A stretch of 64,000 nucleotides of DNA from a virus (taxonomy: Duplodnaviria > Caudoviricetes), in the IMG/VR virus record IMGVR_UViG_3300014697_000001, positions 186,516 through 250,515 of that record. The stretch is one strand, 5' to 3'. Made by a program: the position numbers and the translations under genes. Shown here one piece after another: positions 1 to 10,007 of the stretch. Positions within the stretch are counted from its first letter, which is position 1. Each line of letters starts with the position of its first letter. The notes beneath the pieces were generated by a model that was given only the letters and a program-made list of their open reading frames with translations, had not been told where the DNA came from and made no database searches.

Positions 1-726
1 CGTCGCGAACAACGCTCTGACACAGGGTTTGTGGTTGCCAACCAAATGCAGGCAGATTTCTTTTCGCGTATGGGTGACCTGACCGCCCTGTGGATCAAAG
101 ACCCATCCCTGCGCGAAGACTTCATGCGCACCAGCGATCTTCCGGCCCAAGTCTATATCAGTTGGCTCAGTCAATCGATTGCCAACAAGCTGGGTCTGGA
201 CCTGGATGTGGCCCGTGAAGTACAGATCATTACCGGTGCTTACTATGCCCAGCGTTTCTTCTCGCCTGAAGAGATGCTCTCTGAGCGCGGCCGTGAGAAG
301 CTGGTCAAGCTGCTCCAGCGTTGGACTCGTGCCCCTATCCAACTGATCACCTCGATCGTGGATGACCTGCCGTACATGAGCCTGCTGGATGAGTATGTGG
401 CAGCCCTGCACACCCACTTTGCCCAGAACACTCGGATCAGCCAGATCAATGTCGGCTTCCTGATCATGACTTTGGGGCGTTCGTGGTTCGGGTACGGTGC
501 GCAAGAGATTGCTGCTGTCGCACTGGAATACCCACCCGTTTACCTTGCACTGGTGGAAGCGGCGTGCAATGCCAAGGTCTGGCGTAAGACCCACCTCGGT
601 AAACTGGTTGAGCGTTTTGCCGTGGGGCGTACAGGCGATGAGTTCAGCCGCTCCATGGAAGTGCTGGCCGGTAAGGTCAGGGCACCGGGTTCACCCAATC
701 GTCGCGCCAGCCTGGAAGCGTTCTAA
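1..726 (+). CDS. Virion structural protein, 5'-truncated by the window (phiKZ gp28-like by synteny)
   Basis: The frame is open from base 1. It is the first gene of the run that ends in terminase, matching the remembered phiKZ gp28-27-26-25 order. It ends in ...RRASLEAF, an S-x-E head-protease-type site. Confidence 0.6.
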   Translation, partial: RREQRSDTGFVVANQMQADFFSRMGDLTALWIKDPSLREDFMRTSDLPAQVYISWLSQSIANKLGLDLDVAREVQIITGAYYAQRFFSPEEMLSERGREKLVKLLQRWTRAPIQLITSIVDDLPYMSLLDEYVAALHTHFAQNTRISQINVGFLIMTLGRSWFGYGAQEIAAVALEYPPVYLALVEAACNAKVWRKTHLGKLVERFAVGRTGDEFSRSMEVLAGKVRAPGSPNRRASLEAF

Positions 727-859
727 GGCACTGCTGTCAGCGATGACAAGGGCAAGCTTTACCAAACAACCCCCACTAGCGACAAGCCCATGAACACCAC
801 TTTCGGCCAGTACTTGAAAGACGTCATGGCTGGCAAGCGCTAATTCGATAGGTGTCCAC

Positions 860-3427
860 ATGACCTCCGATGACTTTCTCATCAATCACGCCTACCAGCA
901 TGTCTGGTGTGCGCCGGAGCAGGACCGGCAACATATCCTGAGACCCTCAAGGATCAGTCCAAGAGTCGGTGCACGGGGCAGTATTCAAGTACTCTGGAAC
1001 ACCGTTAACCTGCCGACACAAGGCCCACGCTACCATGTGTTTCAGTTTGGCAACATCGCCCAGGGAACCTTGGGTCTGAAGTTCAAGCGCAACGTCTGGA
1101 CGGCGGTCAGTAATCAAATGGTTACTGACAACATGGTGATCGAGGTCTATACCGAGCGGGGTCTTATGGTCCCGCGGTCGCAGATGTACTTTCTCGGGAC
1201 CGAGGATGGCAACATCGTGGTCGCTGTGCTGGCGCTGCCGGAGATTGGCGACTTCGGGACCGAGGATCTGTACTTCCGGTTTTACAGCAATGCTTTCTTC
1301 GATCGGGCTGATGCACACGACCCCTATGAAGGCATTGAATACCTGTACAACGTGCCCCTAACTGCCAGCCAGATTAACAGCCTAACCTTCCAGCTTCGCA
1401 GGATGCAGGAACGCTCAGGGCATGTTTTCATCTACGTCAATGGTTGGTTTACCAATGATGTCACCACCGCCACTGTGGGTAAAGGCGACCACGTCGAACT
1501 GGTACGCGACAGTTCGGTGGAACGGGTGGTGGAGTTTGCAGTTGCTGATCTGCCGGTATTTCTGTCAGAGCTAGACCAGAAGCAAAAGTACCTGCTACAC
1601 CCGCCGCGAGCTGGTGACGATCTAATCCGTTACCGTGATGATCAGGATCTGTTCCTGGTGCACAAGCGAACCGCACACATTCAAAAGGGTGTGTACTACC
1701 ACAAGAACCTGGAAGACTCCATCCGGATGGTCACCCATCAGGATTACTCGATCCCATCGATCTATGTGGACAGGATGTGTTCGTTGAACCCGAACTGGGC
1801 GCGCAGTAATCAGCTGACCGCTGTGATGGTCCAGCGTCGGTCGGGAATGGACAAGAACCTGGTAGACGAAGCCCACCACATCAAAGAGCTGTACAAGTTT
1901 GATGAGGATGGATTCCATTCAGCTATCATGGGATCGGAAGCTGTCGTGGACGTCTGGCGGGTAGAAGCCCTTGAGAAATCCATGTACACAGCCCTGATGC
2001 GTGCTCCAGCGGGTAAGATCACCCGTCAGATGGTAGAACAGGCGTACGGTTACAATGCCATCACGCGCATTGTGGCAGACACCCCACAGACCGTCACCAC
2101 CCCGAAGGGTTGGGTGGAGTTGCCGTTTGGACTGCGGGGCGAGAGTACAGTCTACGAGTACGACGGCCAAGGTGTGTTGCTTGGGTGGTATGTTAACCAG
2201 AACACGCAGTGGTACGTTCCAAGGTCTGAAACCTGTCGCTATATCGAGGCAATCGTAGGCAAGGGGGGTTCGATCCAATCAACAGTCTACGGGAAAAACC
2301 ACAAGCCGGCCAAAGGTCTGACCTTTCGTTGCTACGTGTGTCCGATAGAGTCAGCCCTCCCCACTGGGGAATGGCGCGATGTGACCGACGACCCGGCGTT
2401 CTACGATTTTCTCGACGATACCGTTCTGTGGAAGGTCGACCCGGCGTTCTATTACACCGCGGTCAAGATGGACGACACCTTCCTGACGTACAACCTGGTG
2501 CTCGACTACCCGGATGGCCTGCTGCGTTTCAGTCTGAACGTACAGGAACTGCGGATCAATGGCCTGTTGTACAAAGGTCTGGTTGAGATTCCCTCTGGTT
2601 TGCTCGAGTTATGGCTGAATGGTCATCCGTTGATTGAAGGGTTGGACTGGCTGATGAATGGTCAGGAGATCTGCATCATCAACAAGGAGTGGCGTAACCA
2701 GGTCGGCACATCGAACACCATCACAGTTCGCGCGACTGGGTTCTGCACCAAGGACATGGAGAGAATCCGTGCTTCTGAGTACGGGATTGTTGAAAACGGT
2801 CTGCTGAGTCGTAACAACCGCTGGAACCTGCGGGACGATAAGGTCATTCGGGTGATTGCGGACGGGCGAATCTGGTCCCGTGATGAACTCAGCTGGGCGG
2901 AAGACAGGCCCGATGTGATTCTGACTAACGTACGGAACGGTGCACCCTACCAGGTCACCGAGCCTCTGATTCCATTGCGTGGTTTGACGCATGAAGAATC
3001 GTACCGGTTAAGGGATCGAGCGGAAACCACCGACCTGCAGATTGAAAACTACATGACCGTGGTCGTCGGTGACGTGCCGGCACAGGAAGTCAATTTGATT
3101 CCACGTCGGCACCGTATCTACAGTCCGTTCGTCGCCAAGTTGATGCACGATCTCATGGATGGGTTCTTTGATCAGATCGAATTGACAGGCCACTACAGTG
3201 ATGTCGAGGTACGCAAGTGGTGCGAGCCTTACGTCTGGTTGCTGCCGTATGAGCCATCTGTTCGAGGCTTCGATCAACGGTACATCGCCATCGAGGCACA
3301 TGAGCGGGAAGCCAAGGTTGAGCTGAACGTCTACCATTACAACTTCTTGGCGCGCGCTATTCGGGTGATGCTCAACGACAAGGTCGACATCACACACTCG
3401 ATCACCATCGATCACCCACCTGTTTAA
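860..3427 (+). CDS. Large virion structural/baseplate protein (phiKZ gp27-like)
   Basis: 855-aa ORF with AGGTG upstream. Beta-rich composition; lies two genes before terminase. Confidence 0.7.
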   Translation: MTSDDFLINHAYQHVWCAPEQDRQHILRPSRISPRVGARGSIQVLWNTVNLPTQGPRYHVFQFGNIAQGTLGLKFKRNVWTAVSNQMVTDNMVIEVYTERGLMVPRSQMYFLGTEDGNIVVAVLALPEIGDFGTEDLYFRFYSNAFFDRADAHDPYEGIEYLYNVPLTASQINSLTFQLRRMQERSGHVFIYVNGWFTNDVTTATVGKGDHVELVRDSSVERVVEFAVADLPVFLSELDQKQKYLLHPPRAGDDLIRYRDDQDLFLVHKRTAHIQKGVYYHKNLEDSIRMVTHQDYSIPSIYVDRMCSLNPNWARSNQLTAVMVQRRSGMDKNLVDEAHHIKELYKFDEDGFHSAIMGSEAVVDVWRVEALEKSMYTALMRAPAGKITRQMVEQAYGYNAITRIVADTPQTVTTPKGWVELPFGLRGESTVYEYDGQGVLLGWYVNQNTQWYVPRSETCRYIEAIVGKGGSIQSTVYGKNHKPAKGLTFRCYVCPIESALPTGEWRDVTDDPAFYDFLDDTVLWKVDPAFYYTAVKMDDTFLTYNLVLDYPDGLLRFSLNVQELRINGLLYKGLVEIPSGLLELWLNGHPLIEGLDWLMNGQEICIINKEWRNQVGTSNTITVRATGFCTKDMERIRASEYGIVENGLLSRNNRWNLRDDKVIRVIADGRIWSRDELSWAEDRPDVILTNVRNGAPYQVTEPLIPLRGLTHEESYRLRDRAETTDLQIENYMTVVVGDVPAQEVNLIPRRHRIYSPFVAKLMHDLMDGFFDQIELTGHYSDVEVRKWCEPYVWLLPYEPSVRGFDQRYIAIEAHEREAKVELNVYHYNFLARAIRVMLNDKVDITHSITIDHPPV

Positions 3428-3469
3428 CTTCCATGGAGCACGGGGTCAATAGGCCCCGTGAAATAAACG

Positions 3470-5146
3470 ATGAGCACAATTTCTGACATTCCTCAGGTCG
3501 GTATTGTTGACCTTGACCGTGAGTGGAGGATCTGGAACATCACCCAGATCTTCACTGGTCTGCCGGGCACTGGTCTACACTGTCCGAACGTCGATGACCT
3601 GATCCTGGACATGACGTCGGGTTACTACCGCGTCACCACCATCGACATAACCACCGGTCGTAGCACCTACATCCCGTGGGAGTTGCCCCCGGTCACCCAG
3701 AACAACGTGGTCATCGATCAGTTGCTTGGTGTGGGTACTGGTCAACAAAGTGAGACATGGCGGGTCTACATTGACACACGTCAGATGCCCTTCTCGCTTC
3801 AAGTGGATGGTCGCCTGCACCTGTATCGGTCTGATGCGGACCATTACAAGGTCTTCCTGGGTACCGACCTCACCGACAACGGTGTAGTCGTCAGCGCCAA
3901 TTACAATGCCTCCGGTGAATTCCTTGGAGAGAACATTCCACTGGAGCATGTCGGGACTGACAATATCAATAACTGGGCGATCTGGGCGCCAGCTGCCGGT
4001 AACACCAACCGCCGTCTCAATGACGGGGAAGTGGTGACCGTGGTGATGTATAATGCCACGGGACACAAGCTTAGCCATTCGTCGATGCTGGTGCAGAACA
4101 CCAGCCTGGTGCGTCGCTCTGCTGCTGGCATGAAACGCATCCGTTCCATCGGCCTCAAGAGCCCGTATCTGTCCGATGCAGACCCAACCCAACTCGTGGT
4201 ACCGATTAACGTCGATCTGCGCACTGTGGGCGTTACAGGGGTTGTACGGTACAACTCCGGTGAAGAGATGGAAGTCCCCATCACGCTGGACGGCTCCGGT
4301 AAGATGAGTCTGCACGGTCTGCGGTGGTTCACTCCGACGATTCAGTCTCACCCGCACAAAATGACCCTGAGCTACCGGATGAGTGAAGATGAATACTCGT
4401 TGGAACACGGGATCACCGAGAACGGTTATATCACTGAAGCCTTTACCATCAAGGCGATTGCGGCAGACAATGCTTACAGCCTTCGTCTGTACGTCTTCCC
4501 GACGTGGAATGGTGCAGCAGGTCGGTATGACTTGGACTTCTGGTTGTTTAACATCGACCGGGACGTTTACTACCGCGTGCCGCGTAGCGTAATCGAGATC
4601 CCCGACAATGAAGTGGCCTTCGATGGCCAGGACTTTGTCTCCCGTCAACGGCTTAAGTTTGGTCTGAAGCTGTCCAACGTCGATCCGATCTTCACCGCTC
4701 ACCGTTTTGTACAAGCGGCTGAGATCTCGCTGACCAAGGCGGGTGATCAGTCAGGTGACCGTTGGCAGATCAAATGTGATCCGTCGCAGGAGAAGTTCTA
4801 CGGTCAAGGTATCGTGGCCAAGAACCGCTTCGTCAACACCAACCTGTCGTACCTGGATCTGAAGTCCGGTGCTACCAGCCTGGATGCGTGGCTGGACAAA
4901 GTGTACCGGCCTTTGAACCATTTATATGACAGCACAAGTGAAGTCGCTGCTCCAGAGCCGACACACTTTGTGATCCATACCAAGACACGCGAGTACACCT
5001 TCTATCGTGATCAGTGGAGCCAGGAGTTCCCGATTCTCAATGATGTTAAAGTTGGCGAGACCATTTACCTGCGGTGGGTGCGCGAAACTGCGCAAGGTCC
5101 ATTGCAGCTTGGGGTCACGGGCATGAGTGTGCAGCAAAGCAACTGA
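3470..5146 (+). CDS. Virion structural protein (phiKZ gp26-like)
   Basis: 558-aa beta-rich ORF immediately upstream of terminase; assigned by synteny. Confidence 0.7.
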   Translation: MSTISDIPQVGIVDLDREWRIWNITQIFTGLPGTGLHCPNVDDLILDMTSGYYRVTTIDITTGRSTYIPWELPPVTQNNVVIDQLLGVGTGQQSETWRVYIDTRQMPFSLQVDGRLHLYRSDADHYKVFLGTDLTDNGVVVSANYNASGEFLGENIPLEHVGTDNINNWAIWAPAAGNTNRRLNDGEVVTVVMYNATGHKLSHSSMLVQNTSLVRRSAAGMKRIRSIGLKSPYLSDADPTQLVVPINVDLRTVGVTGVVRYNSGEEMEVPITLDGSGKMSLHGLRWFTPTIQSHPHKMTLSYRMSEDEYSLEHGITENGYITEAFTIKAIAADNAYSLRLYVFPTWNGAAGRYDLDFWLFNIDRDVYYRVPRSVIEIPDNEVAFDGQDFVSRQRLKFGLKLSNVDPIFTAHRFVQAAEISLTKAGDQSGDRWQIKCDPSQEKFYGQGIVAKNRFVNTNLSYLDLKSGATSLDAWLDKVYRPLNHLYDSTSEVAAPEPTHFVIHTKTREYTFYRDQWSQEFPILNDVKVGETIYLRWVRETAQGPLQLGVTGMSVQQSN

Positions 5147-5218
5147 GTTAGGGTGCCTGGGTCTGTCGGGGGTAATTCCCCGATAGGCCTGGGTATGCCT
5201 TGGGATTGAGGTCCATCA

Positions 5219-7438
5219 ATGGAAACTATTCTTTTTGCTAACGACTGGCAGGAGAAGTACCCCACCGCAATTTGGGATACCAAGACGACCAATACCTCCT
5301 TTTTGGGTTTCTCGGCCCTGCTGAAACACATGGGGGTTAAGAACCACTTGTTCATGCTGGCATTGCTTCAGCCTGATCTTCAAGGGGTCGATCCCTTTGA
5401 TCCGTTACTCTCCGAGGAGATGAAACTCAAGATCAAGATCGAGTGTACGTTCAACCCTTGGTACTTCATTCGTGAAGTCATGCGGGTACCGCCGGCAGCA
5501 GGTGATACACCCATCAAGCTGGAAGCAAACCGGGGTAACATCTCGCTGTGGTGGAGTTTCCTGAACCACATCGACTACTTCCTTGTGCAGATCCGTCAGA
5601 CCGGTAAGTCCCTTAACTCGGACGGTATCTCGGTTTGGTATCAGGTCTTCGGCGCACGCAACTCGCGGTCCAACCTGTTCACCAAGGGTGACTTGTACAA
5701 GGAACACATTGCACGTCTGAAGAAACTCCGGGCATTGCTCCCTAAGTACCTGGTGAACATTGTCAAGAAGGACACGGATAACCAGAAAGAATTCACCAAC
5801 ATGTCCCAAGGTAACCGGATGGTGGTCTACATCCCTCAGAAGGACGAAGAAGCGGCCCGTAACCTAGGTCGTGGTCTGACTGTACCCCACAACCACACGG
5901 ACGAAATCGCGTTCCTGAAGAACGTCCACATCTCCTTGGGTGTTATGCTCGCAGGTGGTGGTGCGGCACGTGAAGAAGCGGCCCGCAACGGCCTGCCGTA
6001 CGGTAACATCTTTACTACCACAGCGGGCGAACTGGACACCCCGGAAGGGGCCTATGCCTACGACCTCATGACCGGTGGGGCCGAGTGGAACGATCACTTC
6101 TACGACTGCACCAATCGCACCGAACTGTACGAGGTGGTTCGCAAGCAGTGCCGTAACAAAGATGCCATCCTGATCAACGGTACCTTCAACCATCGTCAGC
6201 TGGGTAAGACCGATGCATGGCTCAGGACCAAAATTGCAGAATCCCGCCAGACCGGTGACGAGGTTCGGCGTGACTATCTGAACGAATGGACCTCAGGTAA
6301 CGCCAAGAACCCGCTGACCAAAGACTTGTTGCGCAAGATCATGGCCAGTGTGGTCAAGCCCGAGTTCCTTGAAATCGATAAGACGGACTATTATTCGATT
6401 CGCTGGTATGTGCCAGAACGAGAAGTTCGGGAAGGTTTGCCGGGACGTGAACTTGTCATGGGGATGGACACCTCCAACGCAGTCGGACGAGACAACATCA
6501 CAGGGGTGATATTGGACACCAGTACCCTTGAGACAGTCGGGGCATGGACAGTGAACGACTCCAACCTCACGGTGTTTGCCATGTGGCTGGTGAAGTTCTT
6601 TATCCGATTCAAGAAGTTGACCTTGGTGCCTGAGTCGAAATCCACCTGGATCGGTATTCTGGACACCTTGTTGCTGACTCTGCCGTCTCACGGTATTGAC
6701 CCTGCCAAGCGGATCTACTCGACGTTGGTTGATGCCAAGGACCAATCGCCTGAGGACCGTAAGCGCTACCACGAGTACATTGGGGATCGGGATAATTACC
6801 GGTCGTATCGGAAGCATTTCGGTTTCCCAACGAACCAAGGGTTGCGTGAGATCATCTATGGACCCGTCTTGCAGGAAGCGGCCAAGAAGACAGGTTCACT
6901 GGTACGGGATGCCAAGTTGCAAGGTGAGCTGGCACGTCTGGTGGAAAGGAATAACCGGATCGACCACCAGGCATCTGGACACGACGACCATGTCATCAGT
7001 TGGCTACTCTGTCACTGGTTCTTGACGTACGGTCAGAACCTTGAGCATTACGGCATTACCTTGAGCGAGGTCAAACGGCGCGTCTATGAGGCTGAACATA
7101 AGTTGTCCTGGGATGAACAGCGCCGCTACGATAAGCAGCAGCAGATTCGTGACGAGATCGCCCTGCTCAATGAACGGTTGTCCTCAGAGCGCAACGTCTA
7201 CGAACGAACCAAGGTGCAAAACCGGTTAGACCTCTTGATGGCCAAGATCTCCGATGAGTTTGACATGGAGAGTGCGGCATCCATTGACCAGATCAAAGAG
7301 AGTAACCGGGAGCGGCAGATGATCGATACCCGATCGTTTGGACCGGGTAGGGCCTTGGCCTTTGAGCGACCATTGAACCTTGACCTGCGCAGTCGAGGTC
7401 ATTATCAGGCGCCCAGAGGCCAGGTCATGATTCGGTGA
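5219..7438 (+). CDS. terL: Terminase large subunit
   Basis: Walker A QIRQTGKS, Walker B HTDE, coupling motif FTTT, and RNase H-fold nuclease motifs GMDTS and HDDHV. GAGG RBS. Confidence 0.92.
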   Translation: METILFANDWQEKYPTAIWDTKTTNTSFLGFSALLKHMGVKNHLFMLALLQPDLQGVDPFDPLLSEEMKLKIKIECTFNPWYFIREVMRVPPAAGDTPIKLEANRGNISLWWSFLNHIDYFLVQIRQTGKSLNSDGISVWYQVFGARNSRSNLFTKGDLYKEHIARLKKLRALLPKYLVNIVKKDTDNQKEFTNMSQGNRMVVYIPQKDEEAARNLGRGLTVPHNHTDEIAFLKNVHISLGVMLAGGGAAREEAARNGLPYGNIFTTTAGELDTPEGAYAYDLMTGGAEWNDHFYDCTNRTELYEVVRKQCRNKDAILINGTFNHRQLGKTDAWLRTKIAESRQTGDEVRRDYLNEWTSGNAKNPLTKDLLRKIMASVVKPEFLEIDKTDYYSIRWYVPEREVREGLPGRELVMGMDTSNAVGRDNITGVILDTSTLETVGAWTVNDSNLTVFAMWLVKFFIRFKKLTLVPESKSTWIGILDTLLLTLPSHGIDPAKRIYSTLVDAKDQSPEDRKRYHEYIGDRDNYRSYRKHFGFPTNQGLREIIYGPVLQEAAKKTGSLVRDAKLQGELARLVERNNRIDHQASGHDDHVISWLLCHWFLTYGQNLEHYGITLSEVKRRVYEAEHKLSWDEQRRYDKQQQIRDEIALLNERLSSERNVYERTKVQNRLDLLMAKISDEFDMESAASIDQIKESNRERQMIDTRSFGPGRALAFERPLNLDLRSRGHYQAPRGQVMIR

Positions 7439-7439
7439 G

Positions 7440-7480
7440 ACGGCATAGAGAGGGGCGCTCGCCCCTCTCTATGTTGGCCG
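7440..7480. terminator. Bidirectional hairpin terminator between convergent genes
   Basis: CATAGAGAGGGGCG-CT-CGCCCCTCTCTATG inverted repeat, preceded by CGG. Confidence 0.8.
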
Positions 7481-8740
7481 TTACGTTTTACGGTAATGGT
7501 TCATGGTTACAGTCCGGATGACCAGGTATAGTACGATCCCGGTGCGGATGGATTTCATCAGCGAATCGTTCTTGGTCTTGACTGCCTTCTTCACCACATC
7601 GTAACCCACGTCCCTCATTTCCAGCAACAGATCGTTATTGGCACGAGAGGCGGTGTAAAGGTTACGGAGCTTCCCTAGCAGCGAGGCGATGTCCTTGGTG
7701 TTGATGCTGTTGCGGTTAGACGCAATGAAGTCAAACAAGTGCTCCAGGGTCAGGTCCACCAAACGGGTGACGTTGGGGTCACCTTTGAGCTTGGAGGAGT
7801 GTTTGGCCATGTACTCCAAGCACTCGAGCATGTTGTGCAAGGGCAGCTTGGGCATGGTGCCTGCGACGATCTCGGCAAGTTCCCGGATGATGAAACTGTT
7901 ACGGTCTGCCATGACTTCGTCGAGGTAGCGGCGGTACGTGGAGTAGACGTTCTTGCGATTGCGGACCACAACCTCCCCATCCATATTGATCGAGGTGTTA
8001 GAGGTGCTGCGGATCAATGCCGTAGGATCACGACGCACGATCTCGAACTCGTCGCGGATGTTCTTCAAGTAACCCTTGATCCGACCTTGGATGTCGTTGA
8101 CCATGTAGATGATGTCGTAGTCATCGTCAAACTGCTGAAACGTCTTTTGCTTGAAATGTGGGGAGTCCTTGGCCAAGGTAGCGGTGGCACGGTATTCCAA
8201 CAAGGCACCCCAGCTTCCCAACTCCTTCAGTTTGTATTTCTTGGGGAGGCGAGCGTAGGTGGCTACCGCCACCGCCTCGTCGGCCTTATTGGGGAACCAG
8301 TAAGCCAATATGGAGGTGATGAACTTGTACTGCAACACCAACAGGGCATCGACCATGGCCTGTTGTTTTTCAGACTCAGTCAGCTTGGATCGGAAGATCG
8401 CATGGACCAGCCAAAGGCACGACAGGTTCATGACGTTGGTCGATACGAAACGGACCTTCTTGGGGTCGGGTACCAGAGTGCTCAATTCCAGCAGTTCATC
8501 CTGCAGGGAGACATCATCGATGTCCATCACGCTGGTGAACCATTCCAACTGATCGGTGCGGGTGAAACGAACGTCCTGTACGCCCATCAAATGTCCGCCG
8601 AAGAAAGCCACATGGTCTTCATTCTTGTTGGCGAAGTTTTGGCGGTACGTCTGCAGGCGCCGAATAAACTGGCGGTCGATGGTGATGTGTTGACATGCCG
8701 CATCAAACAACGACTTCACGTTAGGGGGAGGCGTGGCCAT
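7481..8740 (-). CDS. Conserved phiKZ-like virion structural protein (gp32-like)
   Basis: About 419 aa from ATG 8740, with CAGGA upstream and a TATG late-type motif near 8778. The FFGGHLMGV segment is typical of this jumbo-phage family. Confidence 0.65.
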   Translation of the reverse strand: MATPPPNVKSLFDAACQHITIDRQFIRRLQTYRQNFANKNEDHVAFFGGHLMGVQDVRFTRTDQLEWFTSVMDIDDVSLQDELLELSTLVPDPKKVRFVSTNVMNLSCLWLVHAIFRSKLTESEKQQAMVDALLVLQYKFITSILAYWFPNKADEAVAVATYARLPKKYKLKELGSWGALLEYRATATLAKDSPHFKQKTFQQFDDDYDIIYMVNDIQGRIKGYLKNIRDEFEIVRRDPTALIRSTSNTSINMDGEVVVRNRKNVYSTYRRYLDEVMADRNSFIIRELAEIVAGTMPKLPLHNMLECLEYMAKHSSKLKGDPNVTRLVDLTLEHLFDFIASNRNSINTKDIASLLGKLRNLYTASRANNDLLLEMRDVGYDVVKKAVKTKNDSLMKSIRTGIVLYLVIRTVTMNHYRKT

Positions 8741-8790
8741 GATAAGTCCTGCTGTGAAAATCAAAGGTGAATATCATACCGATACGAATG

Positions 8791-8825
8791 GAATATTCTT
8801 CAACCCTACATGATCCAGGTGAATA
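8791..8825 (+). promoter_or_regulatory. Early-type phage promoter (TACAT-n-AT family)
   Basis: ATATTCTTCAACCCTACATGATCCAGGTGAA; the same motif recurs about 13 times upstream of genes. Confidence 0.65.
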
Positions 8826-8853
8826 TAACCCAAAATCGTAAGGAGATTTACCC

Positions 8854-9408
8854 GTGTCTACCCAACAAGATCTTTACGCCCCGAAGAACAACGACCGCTT
8901 TGATAACACAGCTTCCACGCTGATGCTGGAAAGCCATACCATCAAATCATCCATCGGTGGAGCCATTGGAGTACGTGAGATGCAAGGGACTTTAAGTAGC
9001 CGGATTCGTAGTCTGACCTGCGATGTAGTCGAAGGAATGACCCAGTACGAATGGCGCGCCAAGGCTATCAAGCACCCGGCATATCCGCTGATCTTTGAAG
9101 AACTTAAAGCCGCCCATGACTTCAAGATCCTTGATAAGGTCATGGATCAGCTGGAGGCCCTAGGATGCATTGTAACGTACGATCGGTCCACTGCCCAACT
9201 CACCGTAGGGTTGAACATCAATAACCTCTGTAAAGGCTTCACAGAGCGTATGACGATGGTGGATGTGCGTAACAAGCGACTCATTGATCAAGCCAATGGC
9301 ATTGGTCCTCTGGATCGGTTCATGGAACCCCAATCCAGGCTGCAAGCGGGCGACATCCAGATCAGTCCTACGTACTTTCTGACGTTCAACCTCAAGGACG
9401 ATCAGTAA
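8854..9408 (+). CDS. Hypothetical early protein
   Basis: 184-aa ORF, GTG start, AAGGAG RBS, downstream of the promoter motif. Confidence 0.8.
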   Translation: MSTQQDLYAPKNNDRFDNTASTLMLESHTIKSSIGGAIGVREMQGTLSSRIRSLTCDVVEGMTQYEWRAKAIKHPAYPLIFEELKAAHDFKILDKVMDQLEALGCIVTYDRSTAQLTVGLNINNLCKGFTERMTMVDVRNKRLIDQANGIGPLDRFMEPQSRLQAGDIQISPTYFLTFNLKDDQ

Positions 9409-9511
9409 CCTACACTTGAAACCCTGTCCGCTGATGTCTTAGTCAGCGGTTCCCCTTTCCATTTCTGACTAAGATGGGCAGGGTTTCTTTTTTGCCCCAG
9501 GAGGCACATTC

Positions 9512-9928
9512 ATGTCCAGCGATGTTATCGGACGCATTGAAACATTCAAGCAACTGGTAAACACCCTCTCTCAGTACATTCATACCGCCATCCCTCCTGA
9601 GATTGAACGGCAGGTATTCACTCACTCTGCTCCACTGATTCAGTCAGTTGCATGGCTCATGACCGGTTTCCACAAAGACCTGACGGCAGACATGTCCGTG
9701 GACGATACTGTCAACCACCTGATGACTTGGCGTGGTGACATCGCCCGGTTGCTCAAAGACAATGAGGTGTCATTCGACATCGTGGTACGGGATAATGAGA
9801 TCTGGGGATACATGAGCGATTATCAGTCAGGGATCGCCATCGGTCACTCCTTGACGAAGAAGGATGAACTCTTCCTGGACAAACTCATGCTGAAGGACCT
9901 CTACATCGCGCCGGTGTGGTTGAACTGA
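9512..9928 (+). CDS. Hypothetical protein
   Basis: 138-aa ORF with AGGAGG RBS. Confidence 0.8.
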   Translation: MSSDVIGRIETFKQLVNTLSQYIHTAIPPEIERQVFTHSAPLIQSVAWLMTGFHKDLTADMSVDDTVNHLMTWRGDIARLLKDNEVSFDIVVRDNEIWGYMSDYQSGIAIGHSLTKKDELFLDKLMLKDLYIAPVWLN

Positions 9929-9944
9929 TTCATCTGACATAAAG

Positions 9945-10007
9945 CCCCTATACAGTCCCTCTCGAAGGCTGTATAGGGGTACTTTATCGGGTGATCTTTT
10001 TTCTTTT
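9945..10007 (+). terminator. Hairpin terminator
   Basis: CCCCTATACAG/CTGTATAGGGG stem, followed by a T-rich tract. Confidence 0.7.
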
